Part shown: one piece after another, positions 11,168 through 24,365 of the stretch | Numbering within the stretch: the first letter of the stretch is position 1 | How the letters are laid out: the number at the start of each line of letters is the position of its first letter | Source of the DNA: Camelus dromedarius | Taxonomy: Eukaryota | Direction of reading: 5' to 3' | Assembly (NCBI RefSeq): GCF_036321535.1 | Contig: NC_087436.1 | Location: 61,940,001 to 62,004,000 of the forward strand | Length of the DNA: 64,000 bases | Position numbers and translations under genes: made by a program | Notes under the pieces: model-generated | Database searches by the model: none | Seen by the model: only the letters and a program-made list of their open reading frames with translations | What the model was told of the DNA's origin: nothing

Positions 11168-11661
11168 AGTACTATATTAGATTGCTATTGGCATAAACTC
11201 AGTCGTTGGAAACAACACAAATTTATCATCTTATAGTTCTGATGATCAGAAGTCCAAAATGATTCTCAGTGGGCTGAAATCAAGATTTTCAGGGATACAC
11301 TCCTTCTGGGGGCAGAATTTGTTTCCTTGCCTTTTTCAGCTGTTAGAGGCACCCACATTCCTTTGTTTGTGGCTACCTTTCCCCAATTCAAAGGCAGCAA
11401 CTATGGTTGTCACACTGTTCTCATGCTGCCGTCCCTGTGGTTCTCTCTCTTCTGCCACCCTCCCCTACTTTTAAGGTCTTCTGTGATTACACTGAACCCA
11501 TCTAAAAAATCTGGGATCATCTGTACATATCAGGGTCAGCTGATTATCTTTACCTTATTTCCATTTGCAACTTTAGTTCTCATTTGCATGTAATCTAATA
11601 TTCACAAGTTCTAGGGCTAGGATTTGGGCATCTTTGGGTGGCCATTATTCTTCTTACCACA
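11168..11661 (-). mobile_element. MLT1D-like MaLR solo LTR
   Basis: aaacaacacaaatttatcatcttatagttctg...cagaagtccaaaatg...gggctgaaatcaag...catctttgggtggccattattcttcttaccaca. Confidence 0.85.
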
Positions 11662-12503
11662 AGTAATAACTTAAATGAGTAGGACTTAGCCCAGCAAAGG
11701 CAAGCAAGGAAGAAGTGCATTTCAGTCATAGGAAGCAACATGAGAGAAGGCTGTCATTTGGAATAGAGGGGTATGACCAGGACTAATGTGATCTACCCCT
11801 CTAGCAGGGAGTAAGGGTAGGAGTGAGGTGATCTATTGACCTCCTTACATAATGAGAATCAGTCTTTTGGTCAGAAAATACAATGAATCACGTTATTTAG
11901 AGGCCCTTAATCCCTGAAATTTCTAATGAAATGAGCATTTCCATCAGCATTAATTCTCAACAGTTGGTAGTGTATTTATTTAAAAACAGGACATAGACCC
12001 AATATCAGAATGACTAAGTCTAGTGGGGAAAGTTTTTATTCCCTGTTCTTAACACAAAGTCGGATAAACTTCATCTTTTAGTAATGTGGGCAATTTTTAG
12101 TGGGTTCTTTAGGTGGCCACATCAGAAAAAATTGCCTACATGAACACAATTTGAAGCTTTATCAGTATATTCTGCAATAATACGCCACTCATAGTTTCTT
12201 TTTATTTTCTTTCTGTTTTGCTAAATTTTTGAATTTTTGCATTGTCGTTGAACAAATTGAACTATGACTTGTGTTTCACAATTAACATAGCTGTTTTATG
12301 GACTATCATGTTTAATATATTAACAAATTTATCCTTTTCTCCTTCTGTAATATCATGAGACTGCGTTACTTGTGACAGTATTGCCTTATAACTTGGGATA
12401 ATCCCAAAGGATCCCTTTCCGTATTTCCTGTTTGTCAACCCGCTCTCCCTCCTTCACCAATCAAGGCTTCCAGTATCAGGATTCCTCTCTTAAAGTTGTC
12501 TCT

Positions 12504-12560
12504 TATAGATGGAATATTTGTGTCGCTCTCAAATGCATATGTGAAGCTCTAACCCCCATG
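12504..12560 (+). mobile_element. MLT1 LTR 5' fragment
   Basis: tatagatggaatatttgtgtcgctctcaaatgcatatgtgaagctctaacccccatg. Confidence 0.55.
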
Positions 12561-13300
12561 TACATTGGTGCAGCCACTATGGAAAACAATATGGAGGTTT
12601 CTCAGAAAATTGAAACTATCTGATCTAGCAATTCCACTTCTGGGTATTCCACCCCCCCAAAAAAAATGAAACCACTGATTTGAAAAGATTAACGCAGCCT
12701 CATGTTCATTGCAGCATTATTTAAAATAGAAAACATATGGAAACAACCTATATATGTATACAATGGGATGTTATTCAGATGTAACAAAGAATGAAATCTT
12801 GCCGTTTGCAACAACATGGATGGAACTTGAGGGCATTATGTTCAGTAAAATAAGTCAGACAGCAAAAGATAAACACGATATGATCTTACTTATATGTGGA
12901 ATCTAAAAACAAAACAAAATAAAACACACAAAACCCAACTGAGCTCATGGATATAGAGAACAGATTGGTAATTGCCAGGAGAAGAGAATGGAAAGTGGGC
13001 AAGATGGGTTAAGTGGGTCAAAAGGTACAAATTTCAAGTTAGGAAATGAGTAAGTCATGGGGATGTGATGTGCAGCATGGTGACCATAGTTAATGATGCT
13101 GTATTACACATTTGAAAGAAGCTAGGATAGTGGACCTTTGAAGTTCTCATTATAAGAAAAAAAATTATAACTATGTATGGTGATGGATGTTAACTGGACT
13201 TATTGTAGTGTCCATTTTGCAGTATGTACATATATTAAGTCATTACATTGCACATCTGAAACTAATATAATGTTATGTCATTATACCTCAATAAAAAAGA
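12561..13300 (+). mobile_element. L1 (L1MA9-like) ORF2 end plus 3' UTR
   Basis: attggtgcagccactatggaaaac...gcaacaacatggatggaacttgagggcattatg; ends tacctcaataaaaaaag. Confidence 0.85.
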
Positions 13301-14079
13301 CCTAATATGAACAAGTAAAAGCAACAACTACCACCTATGCATTGTCTTCTTGTCTTCAATATATGCCTATGAAGTTAACAATACACATATTTTACTTCCA
13401 GAGCTTGAAGAATTTTAAGGCTCTTCACAAGCATAAATTTTCTTACATGACATGAGAATGAACCTTACATAAAATTTACATGACACTTGTCAAGCATTTA
13501 ATTTAAAAAAAAACTGAGAATCTGTAATTTGACCTTCAGTAAACTAAGACTAAGTAGAAAATACTTTTCAATTGAGAATGAAGGGTAAGTGACTGGAGAG
13601 ATGGAAAATAAGTCACCCAGAAAGTCTGAATTTCTGCAAAATTTCACAAAAGCTCTAATTTAGTCTAGGATTTTGAAGACATACTGACATTTAAACAAAT
13701 TTGGAATTTAGAAGCTATTAATCCTTGCCAAATATAAATATGTATTTCTTCTGCATCATAACTAACAAACTTTCTTTTTCTTTTTAAGCCCAGTAAAAAC
13801 TTCATATTAATTATATGAAACACAATTTCTACTAATAAAAATGAATTATAAGCCTTGAAAAGAATGTCACTTGTTCAATTTACATGACTCTTTCATTTTT
13901 AATCAGAGCTTCAACTCAAATGGTTCATTTTTTTCATAGACACTGAATAAAGGAATTGTTAGAAATTGACCTTGGTAATTAGGTTCTAAAGATAAAAAAC
14001 CTAGTGGTGTCAAGATGACAGAATTGAATGATTAACAAAGGAAAAGCAAAGTCTGTATGAAGTTATCATACTTGAAATT

Positions 14080-14617
14080 TTTCTCATTTATAAGCATGTC
14101 ACTTCACCATTAAATAAGGATTATTGTTGAGAAAAATAGGATGTTATGTGATTTTTCTTCCTTTTAACGTGGTCAAAGATAATCATATATCCTGCAAGTA
14201 GGGAGCATTTGTATATTCAAAACTGAGTCAAGGAGGTGAAAAAAGATGAGGATGTTAATCAGGAGAAGAAAGACATAGGCACAAAGTGTTACCAAATGCA
14301 AATAAAAGTGGGGAAGAATCACATCTGCATATAATTTTAACTGAATACTACTTATCAAATATCTAGAATGTTTTATGATTTTTAAAAAGATAATAGACAA
14401 ATCTAGTTACAAAGTGTATAATCAGTTAATACTCAAACTGTGTACAACACTTTAAAGATAAAGGACACTCAGTGCTGGCCTTGAGGATTAGCCATTTTAA
14501 GTCATTCAAACTGACAGTATACTCAACTTTGTTACTATAGGAATCCCCTTTATAGAAGGTCTGAATCTTATTCATGGAAATCTCAAGGGGAATAAGAGCA
14601 GGAAGAACTGTAACAAA
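14080..14617. repeat. Donor arm A of inverted duplication (pairs with 16135-16671)
   Basis: Reverse complement aligns to 16135-16671; ORF-track peptides 14173..14400(-) and 16393..16578(+) are near-identical. Confidence 0.97.
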
Positions 14618-15898
14618 GATTTTCAGAACCAAAGACAATATGAGGGCCCATCATACAAAGTGTTGTGACTCTTCTTCTAGATGCTTCCTAAAGTATACTT
14701 CTGTACCAAAAGTTCAGAGCCATGTTGGCACTCTCTGGAGAAGCTGCAGTATTTATCTAATAATCATGAACAGTCATTATTTGTAAATGTGGTCAATTCT
14801 AAATTGTATTCCCACCCTTTCTGGATCAGCCAGTTCTCATTTTTCCCCCCTAAACGAGCCATTTCTGTCTCTGCACTTTCCACTCTCACTCAAGAATAAA
14901 TTACTTTCACTCTAGACTGAGAAGTCTCAGAATGTGCCAAGATCATCCTAGAGTTGGGTGGGAGAGTAGGTGCTCCACAGGGAAATCCGTGTGATTCTGC
15001 ATGTGGTAGAGACAAAACCAAACAATATTATTAAATAATAGGTTAATTACAGAATTTCTAGAAGAGAATTCTGTGGGTGATTATCTTCCCTGATGGACTT
15101 ACTTGGTTGTGGAAATGAGCCCTACTGAATAGGGCTTGGAACCTCAATGGTAGGTCAAAGAGAAACCAAACTCCTCTGGAAAAAATGAAAATGGGTTTTG
15201 GGGACTGAAATAAGGAATTCTAGGAAGATTAATGTGGGAGTTCTGATAGAGACAGAGGGGCTATAGGAACATGGCAAATGACCAAATCTTGCACAGAAGA
15301 AAACTGCAACGACAATTTCTCTTAAGGGAATAATACCCAAGGTACTTTAACGAACATTGTTTAAAACACTAAACAAGCCTTTTCCCTAATCCAAGTGCCC
15401 AATATATATGATCTAAAAGTAGAGAAATAGTGAGATTGAGTAGTATGTGGAAATTCAGTGCAACTCTTCCCATCTATCTCAATTTTAGTCTTTGCTCATG
15501 TGTCTTCATTCAGTAGAATGACTAAAATGCAATGCATGACTACATTGAGGTAACACCTCACACTAGTCAGAATGGCCAAATGGCCATCATCCAAAAGCCT
15601 ACAAATAATAACTGCAGGAGAGGATATGGAGAAAAACGGAACCCACCTACACTATTGGTGGGAATGGAAATTGGTGCAGCCACTATGGAGAGCAGTATGG
15701 AGGTTCCTTGAAAAACTAAAAATAGAATTACCTTATGATCCAGCAATCCCACTCCTGGACATACATCCCAGAAAAGAAAAAAACACTCTAATTTGAAAGA
15801 TACACATACCCCAATGTTCATATTCATAACAGCATTGTTTATAATAGCCAAGACATGGAAGCAACCTAAATGTCCGTTGATGGATGAATGAATAAAGA

Positions 15899-16137
15899 AG
15901 ATTTGTTTATTTCCCCCACTTACTTATTCATTCAATCATTTATTCCCATCAATATGAACTCATGGTTATTTATTTTATACTTCAGATTATGATCCAATAC
16001 TATTTGTGTGTGTGTGTGTGTGTGTGTGCATGTGTGTGGCTCAAATTGTTTTATATTTGGCAGTTGGAAGCTCTTTCATTTGGTACCAAGTCCTTTGACA
16101 TCCCTCTACCATTGTTTGTGTTTTATAATTGTAATTT
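15899..16137. repeat. Inverted copy of 18493-18713 (templated insert, segment B)
   Basis: Reverse complement of 18493-18713; ORF-track peptides 15962..16180(+) and 18533..18730(-)/18414..18605(-) overlap in sequence. Confidence 0.95.
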
Positions 16138-16671
16138 GTTACAGTTTTGCCCACTCTTACTCCCCTTGAGATTTCCATGAATAAGATTCAGACCTTCTAT
16201 AAAGGGGATTCCTATAGTAACAAAGTTGAGTATACTGTCAGTTTGAATGATTTAAAATGGTTAATCCTCAAGGCCAGCACTGAGTGTCCTTTATCTTTAA
16301 AGTGTTGTACACAGTTTGAGTTTTAACAGATTTTATACTTTGTAACTAGATTTGTCTATTATCTTTTTAAAATCATAAAACATTCTAGATATTTGATAAG
16401 TAGTGTTCAGTTAAAATTATATGCAGATGTGATTCTTCCCCATTTTTATTTGCATTTGGTAACACTTTGTGCCTATGTCTTTCTTCTCCTGATTAACATC
16501 CTCATCTTTTTTCTCCTCCTCGACTCAGTTTTGAATATACAAATGCTCCCTACTTCCAGGATATATGATTATCTATGACCATGTTAAAAGGAAGAAAAAT
16601 CACATAACATCCTATTTTTCTCAACAATAATTCTTATTTAGTGGTAAAGTGATATGCTCATAAATGAGAAA
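16135..16671. repeat. Inverted copy of 14080-14617 (templated insert, segment A)
   Basis: Reverse-complement match; 6 mismatches in the 150 bp I counted (14401-14550). Confidence 0.97.
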
Positions 16672-17000
16672 TAATGTCATATGCAGCAACATGGATGACC
16701 TAGCGATTACCATACTAAGTCAAGTAAGTCCAATAGAGAAAGACAAACATCATATGGTATCACTAATGTGTGGAATCTAAAAAAACGAATTTATTTACAA
16801 AACAGAAATAGACTAACACACATAAAAAAAACAAACTTATGGTTACCAAAAGGGAAAAGTGCATAGGGATATGTTGGAAATTTGAGATTAACAGATAGAC
16901 ACTACTATATATAAAGTGGATAAAAACAAGTGCCTACTGTATAGCACAGGAAACAATATTCAATATTAAAATAACCTATGATGGGAAAAGGATCTGAAAT

Positions 17001-17058
17001 AAATATATATATAAATAAATATATACACACACACACACACACACACATACACATATAT
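17001..17058. repeat. (TA)n/(CA)n compound microsatellite in L1 3' UTR
   Basis: atatatatataaataaatatatacacacacacacacacacacacatacac read directly. Confidence 0.9.
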
Positions 17059-17127
17059 GAATCACTTTGCTATACACCAGAAACTAACACAACATTGTAA
17101 GTCTTCACTATATACTTCAATAGAAAA

Positions 17128-19430
17128 AAAATCCAATAAACGGATAATACCAATTACTGTTGAAGAGTTAGAACAGCAGGAACTCCCATTCATTACTGGT
17201 AGAAATGCATAATTGCATTCTCACTTTGGAAGACAGTTTGGCAGTTTTCAAAAGAGCTAAACAGAGCCCTAGTATACAATCCCAACAGTTGCACTTCTGT
17301 GTATTTACTCAACTTGAAACTATGTCCACACAAAAACTGGCATGCAAATGATTATAATATCTTTATTCCTAATCACCCCAAACTAGAAGCAACCAAGATG
17401 TCACTCAGATAAATGTATAAACAAACTGTGATACAGTCATACAATGGAATAATATCCAGTTTTAAAAAAGAATGCATTAACAAGCCGTTCAAAGACATGA
17501 ATGAATTTTAAATGCATATGGTCAAAAGAAAGAAGCCAGTATGAAAATGCTACAAACTGTGTGATTCCATTTATATGACATCCTGGAAAAGGCAAAACTG
17601 TAGAAAATTTAAACAGATCAGTGATTGTCTGGAGTCTAGAGTGAGGAAAGTTTAAATGGGTGAAACACAGAAGAATTTCAGGGCTGTGAGACTACTTTGT
17701 ATGATAGTGTTAACTGTGAACATATGGCACAATTCATGAACCTAGGTACTCATAGAACTTGACAGCTCAGAATAAATCCTATTGTACATAAGTTAAAAAC
17801 ATAAGATGGAGGGCATGAATCCTATAATAGAATGCTATCTGTGGCAAAAGAATATAGCTGTATTACAGATATAAGAAACGACCTCATATTGGGGTTGGAA
17901 GCAAAAGCTGCTGACCTGTGTAACTTTGGAAGTGAGTGGAATCTTTTAGTCTTACAGCTTAGAAAAATATACATAACTCTGTACTGTAGTTGATAAAGTT
18001 GTTTTACATAGAGGTACAGATTTACAGTTCTGAAACCACTGTATGTGTATCCTGAAATTCAGCAATTATGTAAATGAATAGTGGGTGGTAGGGCTTCTCA
18101 CTCTCAGATTGAAAGGGTACATACCAGCAAGGAGAGGAGGCTAGAATGATCCATGACATAAAGGACTCAGCTGGAAACAGCAGTATGAACTCATGTTTAC
18201 CTTTGCATAAATACAGATATTACATAGAGAAATAATTACAGATACGTGTACATGCATGAGCTAATATATGCATATATATTCCCTTGCTTAGTCAGCTGAG
18301 AACATCTAGAGGCAACAACACCCCAATAGCAGTGAGTACACTGAGTATCCAGACCTTGGTTTCTAATACCATTACCAATGAAAGGAACTAGGGGTACTTG
18401 GAGAACAGTTGATTTAATAACTACTGGGGCAGGGGATATACAAGATGAGCCTGAAGCATTCTACAGTACCTGAAATTAAGGTAGCACTAAAAAAATTAAC
18501 ACTTGTAAAACACAAACAATGGTAGAGGGATGTCAAGGGACTTGGTACCAAATGAAAGAGCTTCCAATTGCCAAATATAAAGTAATTTGAGCCACACACA
18601 TGCACAAATAGTATTGGATCATAACCTGAAGTATAAAATAAATATCCATGAGTTCATATTGATGGGAATAAATGATTGAATGAATAAGTAAATGGGGAAA
18701 AATAAACAAATCTCCTGAGCAGAATTTCAAATAATGTATGTAGATAATCTACCCTCCAGGAGGTGGAGTGGAACTCCCCACCTCCCCACACTGTAAGGGT
18801 AGGCTGCACAGAGTGACTGTCTTCCAAAGACTACAGTATGGAAAAGAAGAAAATAGTAACTTTACAATGGAGAAATCTGACAAATTCTATCTTAACTCAG
18901 GTGATCAAGTTTAACATTAACAGTGAAAAGTCATGTTGACAATATGTACTTTTGATAAAATGCAATGAAGATGACATTTGACCTCTGTGGTTTTCCTCCT
19001 TCCTTCCTCCCATAACACTAGGCCTAATTATAAGAAAAATCCCAATTGAGGAGTATTCTAAAAAACACCTGAACAATACATCTTAAAATTGTCAAAGTCA
19101 TCAAAAATAGGGCAAGTCTGAGAAACTGTCATAGTCAAGAGTAGCCTAAGGTGACATGATGACAAAATGTAATGTGATATCCTGCATGGGATCTTGAAAC
19201 AGAAAAAGGATATTAGGTACAAACTAAGGAAATGTGAATAACATATGGCCTTTAATTAGTAATAATGTATCAGTATTGGTTTGTTAATTATGACCAATGC
19301 GCCATACTAATGTAAGATGTTGACAAGAGGGTAAACTGGGTGTGGACAATATGGAAGCTTTTGTGCTATCTTTGTGACTTTTCTATACATCTGAAACTGT
19401 TCTAAAATCCAAAGTATATAAAATATTTAA
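17128..19430 (+). mobile_element. Old L1MC (L1MC3-like) ORF2 end plus long 3' UTR
   Basis: caggaactcccattcattactggtagaaatgc...cactttggaagacagtttggcag; aggaggctagaatgatccatg...cagtatgaactcatgttta; ends ctgaaactgttctaaaatccaaagtatataaaa. Confidence 0.85.
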
Positions 19431-21315
19431 AGTTTAATCCTTAAAATTGAAAATTACATTTCTTATAGTACAGTTCTGGATACAGGAACTTGAATAAATA
19501 TATAAGCTTCTGATAAAAGCTAAGAAAAAATACTTCTTACTGACAGAAGGCTGACTATAATAAATCATGTAATTAAAAGAAGAATGTGAACAAGGTGTAA
19601 ATTTCTGAATATAATTCAAAAAGAAAGGATGACAGTACATTCTGTTCAATCCTATATCCTAGCAGCATTGAGGAAGAAATCTTATTATCTAGCATCTATT
19701 AATCAGCTTGGTGGGAAATGTATACCACAAAACATTAGAATGATGAAGATTTTCTTAAAAGACATCAAGGTAAAATTAGTATTTTATTTCACTGCTTGGA
19801 GGAAATAACATTTAGCTTTAATTGTCATTATCATCAATGTGCAAGTCTTGTTTGATTTTGTTAACAATTTATTTTGTTAGAATTTTAGTTGTTTTTAAAG
19901 TATCCTAAAGAGAAAGATCCATCTTTAGGGAGAAGCCATTTGAGATAGAAATATATGTGACAATACAGTCATAATATCACAGGTGGGAAACATGTTGATT
20001 TAAAATATGAATAGAAACTATGCCATAACTTTCAAGCATTTTAGATATCATAATCATTAATTCTTATGTGTTCTGTTTCTTATGCTGCTTTTTATCTCAA
20101 ATTTAGTTGGATTATTCACTTTGGAATACATTCTTAATCAAATGTATATATGATCAGTACAGTTGTTAGCAACCTGATTATCACTGGCTAAAACTCTGTG
20201 TTCTTGATCGGTTACTATTTTTATAAAAATGTTTAAGATAATATATTATGCAGTTTAGCAAAATGGAAAGGTAGGGTCCCCTTACCAAACCCATACCTAC
20301 TCAACGGGCTGGAAGGCAGAATGATTTTGTAATAAACAACATTTGTGAGATTTCTTACTACATATCATGGTGGAAGGAATGTTCATAGAAGAATATAGTC
20401 TGGTAGGAAGCAAGGTGACTTTGTAAAAAATATCAACATTTTAAAAATAGCATCTCCAAGACTCTATTTACTGAAATGCCTATATTTTACCGCTGTTTTC
20501 ACATCAACAGCAATGGGTAAACATATATAATTGTAATGATCTAAAAAGATACGACTTTCTTAGACATTGTGATTATTTCTGTGATTACAACATGGCAACT
20601 CAATATATAAAAACACATCTGTTGTTTCTAATTATACCTGTTCCTGAACATTTCCATCATGCTAATTTCAGTTACTGAGTGGAATAATTGAATTTGCCTT
20701 TCCTTTAATTTCCTATTTGTTTAAGCAAACACCTGGGGAATTCTGCCTATAGGAAGAAATATAATAAGATGATTCAAAGATACAGCTTACAACAAAAACA
20801 TATTGTTTTCATTTTTTGCTGCTATTTATATAAAGTTCAAAATTCTCATTTCTTTTTCCCGAGTTAAAACTGTTTTATCCTCTTTTGCTAGATACTATTG
20901 TTGGGGAATAAAAATGAACACTGCAATTTGAAAGAGTTACTCAGAAAATGACTTTGATTAAATTTTATAATAAGTAGAAACTGAAAAAAAATATTCAGAA
21001 CAAACTAGTTTTTCCTATTCTTGGAATTCGAGTAAACTCAATGCCTCAGTGAATCATATTATCAATCAACCATGATAGAGCTTCCTATATTCATCATGTT
21101 AAGCATTATAGATAATGTGAATTTTGCTGTTGCAGAAGATATATTGTAATTGAGGAGACATGTCTAACATAGAATTGAACATACATGACAGTTAATACTA
21201 TTATCAATAATAATCAAATACATCATATAATCTATATGTTATTAATTTTCATGAGAGAGTTAAAAAAGATTAGACCAGAGATACAAAGCTTTAAGAAAGG
21301 GGTGAATTCATCTGT

Positions 21316-21356
21316 GAGTCTAACAGAATAAATAAAGAGTCTAACAGAATAAATAA
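21316..21356. repeat. 21-bp tandem duplication
   Basis: gagtctaacagaataaataaa immediately followed by gagtctaacagaataaataa. Confidence 0.9.
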
Positions 21357-22166
21357 GACTTTCCTGAAGAGTGAAACATACATTTCAAAAAAATGAAGAG
21401 CTGAAAGGCAAAGAGCATGGTCAGATATGACTAAGAAGCTGGTCAACTTCTCTTTTATTTGGAGCTCTGAATCAATGATACTGACAAGGACTTAAAAATC
21501 TTTCAAAGATATGTACTAGGAGACCAAGTTATTCTGATACATGAGTATAATTATGAAAAAAAGTAAACAAAAATCACATCTATGCCTAGTAAAATTTTTA
21601 ACTTTACCTAAAGCAGGTGATAGGAAGAGCTGCTTACCTAATAAGCGAGGGCGTGTCAATTTTCTTGACCCATTTCACATATTCCCTCTCATTCTCTAAA
21701 AATGTCTCCTCCTTTTTACTTCATGATTAATTGTCAGGGTGACTGAGTAGATCTTTCCTGAGCAATATAAATGTCATTGACTTCATGAGCTTCTCTTGAA
21801 ACATGTTCGGTACCTCTTCTTAGAAGCTAAAAATCTTAGATTTTAATATTGTCACAGCCAGAGAATAATAAACTATCTTCCAGAACAGCAACGGGGTCAA
21901 ACTTGTTGGGAATAGATTTCTAAAATTAAATTACACATGGTAATTGGTATTTTGCTGTATACATTGGCCTATCAGTAAAAAGTTATTAGAATATGCCACA
22001 GTTAGTCTATTTTCATCTATATAAATCCTTTGATGAAACAAAAAGTATGAACTTCATTGATATTGTAATATCGACTTTAATTTCCTATTTGTTTAAGGAT
22101 AAGTGATTTAACTATTACCTAAGAGAATTATACATTACTTGTGTTACTTTACATGGAAGTTTTGGT

Positions 22167-22593
22167 GCTGTGATATGACACCCAGGTCTCTCTTCAAGAA
22201 TGCAGGACTTAATTCCTAAGCTATTGGGAATGCTGCTAAAGATGTTTTTCAGGTATCTTCCCACTTTGCAGACTGTGTCATTTGAGGAGTTGCCTTAACA
22301 CGGCCACACCTCCTTCCAGGGCATTCAGAATCCAGTGATTTATCAATGTAGGGGTACAGGCTGCTCCTTGTTCCATTTGAAGGAACACTGAAGGATGACC
22401 CCAGCTCTAAAGCTCCCTATTGGAGTCAGCAGAGGCCTTCACTGGATGCACTGCAGCTCAACTTCTCCTCCTGACCTTTTTTGCTTTCTTACCTCTCATC
22501 CCAAAGATTTCCATGCCAAGCATATTTCCTAAAAATTTTCTCTCTCAGAATGAGCTTCCCACAGAGTGCGCGTCCCACAGAGTGCAACCTGCA
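22167..22593. mobile_element. LTR16A-like ERVL solo LTR
   Basis: ggccacacctccttccagggca...ccccagctctaaagctccctattggagtcagcagaggcc...gcactgcagctcaacttctcctcctg...caacctgcaa. Confidence 0.7.
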
Positions 22594-23124
22594 AATATTT
22601 TAAAATATATTCTTGTATGTGCCGAAAATTTCTTAACCAAATATCAAACCCATATTTCCAACTTCCTACAGAGTCCTGACTTGAAAGTACTATGTTTGCT
22701 TCAAGTTCTTCATGATGAAAGCATGCTCATCTCTTTAAGTTGTTATATAATAATGTTTATTACTGTTTCTTTTATTCCATTCCTGAAGTTAATCTCCCTT
22801 CTTACACATGCATAAGTGAATGTACTATTAACTGAATAAGCCGTCTAAAAATGTTGTCCATATGATGTTGGGCTTAAAGCAATTTAATAGTCGACTGTCT
22901 AACATTATTACCCAATAGTTGGGGGATATAGAACAAGAAATGTATATCCTAACTGCAGATCCATATTTGGTTCACATTTTAAACATGATATTGCATGTGT
23001 AGACGGGTTTTTCTAAATTACATAATACGAGTTTTTGCAGAAAAAAACTTACCTACTAGAGAAATCCTTATTTCAATATTTATTCAAAAACACTTCCATT
23101 GACTGTTTAGAATGTTCTCGTAAA

Positions 23125-24365
23125 TGCTATAATTTCTGAGTAACAGTGAATGAAATAGACATGCACCGTACCTTACTAGTGCTATTAAGATAATAAAATA
23201 GGTAATTGATAAAGATGTACCTAGACAAGACTTATTTAGGAAGGCTTCAATAAGAAAATCCTGTTGAGCTAAGATCTGAATCATGAGAAGACATCAGCTG
23301 TACAAAGATCTGGAGAAAGCTTGTCCCAGGGGGAAGGAAGATTATGTATAATGTCTCTAGAAATGGCAATGACCTTGATTTATTGGAAGAATAAAAACAA
23401 AGTTTATATGGCTAGAACACAGAAGCAGAGTATATTTAGGTTTCACTCTGAAGAAACAGACCTTGAGAGTTAATCAGCAATTTATTAAAGAAGTGCTTTC
23501 AGGGCACAGAAATGTTAAAAGGAATCTGAGGGATCTGGGTAGAGTGGTAATACTGTTCTCTACAGAAGGAAAACAGGATGGAGTTGAAGACAGAGTATAA
23601 AAACATAATAAAGAACCAGGTTATATTTTATTTGATGGATTTTGAAATGTTTTAATCAGGAGAGTAACATGATCAGGGTTGTGCTTTAAAATGGTCACTC
23701 TGGAGACTGATGCAAAGAGAAAGGGAGAACAGATTGTAGATCAAATCTGACAGCAAATAAGTTGATTGTGAGGGAATTGAAGTGATCTAGTGATGGTGGT
23801 CCAAACAACATATGGATAAAAAGAGATAAGTAACCAGATTCTTAACATATTTCAGAGGTGATTCCATACATTTTGCTGAGAGTTTAGAAGTAAGATATAT
23901 GAGAAGGAGGAAAAAAATAAGGATTATGCCATGAATTTTCGCCTGAACAACTGGGTTGTGGTATGTACGAAGAGGTGGGTGATCCTTGAAGAAGAATAGG
24001 TTGAATGAGAGAAAATCCAGAGTTCTGTTTTTGGACAAGTGTTTATATCAAGTAATCAAATAGATCCAGAAGTTTAGAGCTCAGAGAAAGGTATGTGTTG
24101 GTGAATACATGTTTTGGAGTCAGGCATATACAGAAAGCATTTCCAGTCAGGATACTGGATGAAACTTTGTAGAGAGAAGGGGCCAAAATCAACGAGACAT
24201 TTCAACATTTAGAGGTCTAACAAAGGAAAATTCCAAGTGGTGTGGGAAGAAAACGTAAGGTGTATAAAAGACTGAAAAAAAAGTATTTGAAGAAGGAGGT
24301 ATAGTCAACAGTGACAGATGTTATTGAATGAACAAAATGGGTGAATATTTGAACACTTAGAATTC
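23125..24365 (-). mobile_element. L2 LINE (L2a-like), fragmented
   Basis: taggaaggcttc...ttgagctaagatctgaatcatgagaag; ttttaatcaggagagtaacatgatcag...ggtcactctgg; ccagagttctgtttttggaca. Confidence 0.75.

Larger units (their letters stand above)
15534..17127 (+). mobile_element. 5'-truncated L1 (ORF2 C-terminus plus 3' UTR) inserted in an older L1MC and itself interrupted at 15899-16671
   Basis: ORF2-like HLTLVRM.../WWEWKLVQPLW...ELPYDPAIPLL; 3' UTR ending cttcaatagaaaaaaaa; candidate TSD aaaatgcaat (15524-15533) / aaaatccaat (17128-17137). Confidence 0.85.

Noticed and set aside
14173..16578. Pair of near-identical short hydrophobic ORFs as a duplicated micropeptide gene
   Set aside because: By-product of the inverted duplication; the starts differ and are non-ATG, with no coding evidence
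22420..22815. 131-aa ORF with signal-peptide-like start
   Set aside because: Begins at a TTG inside an LTR16-like element and reads into flanking DNA
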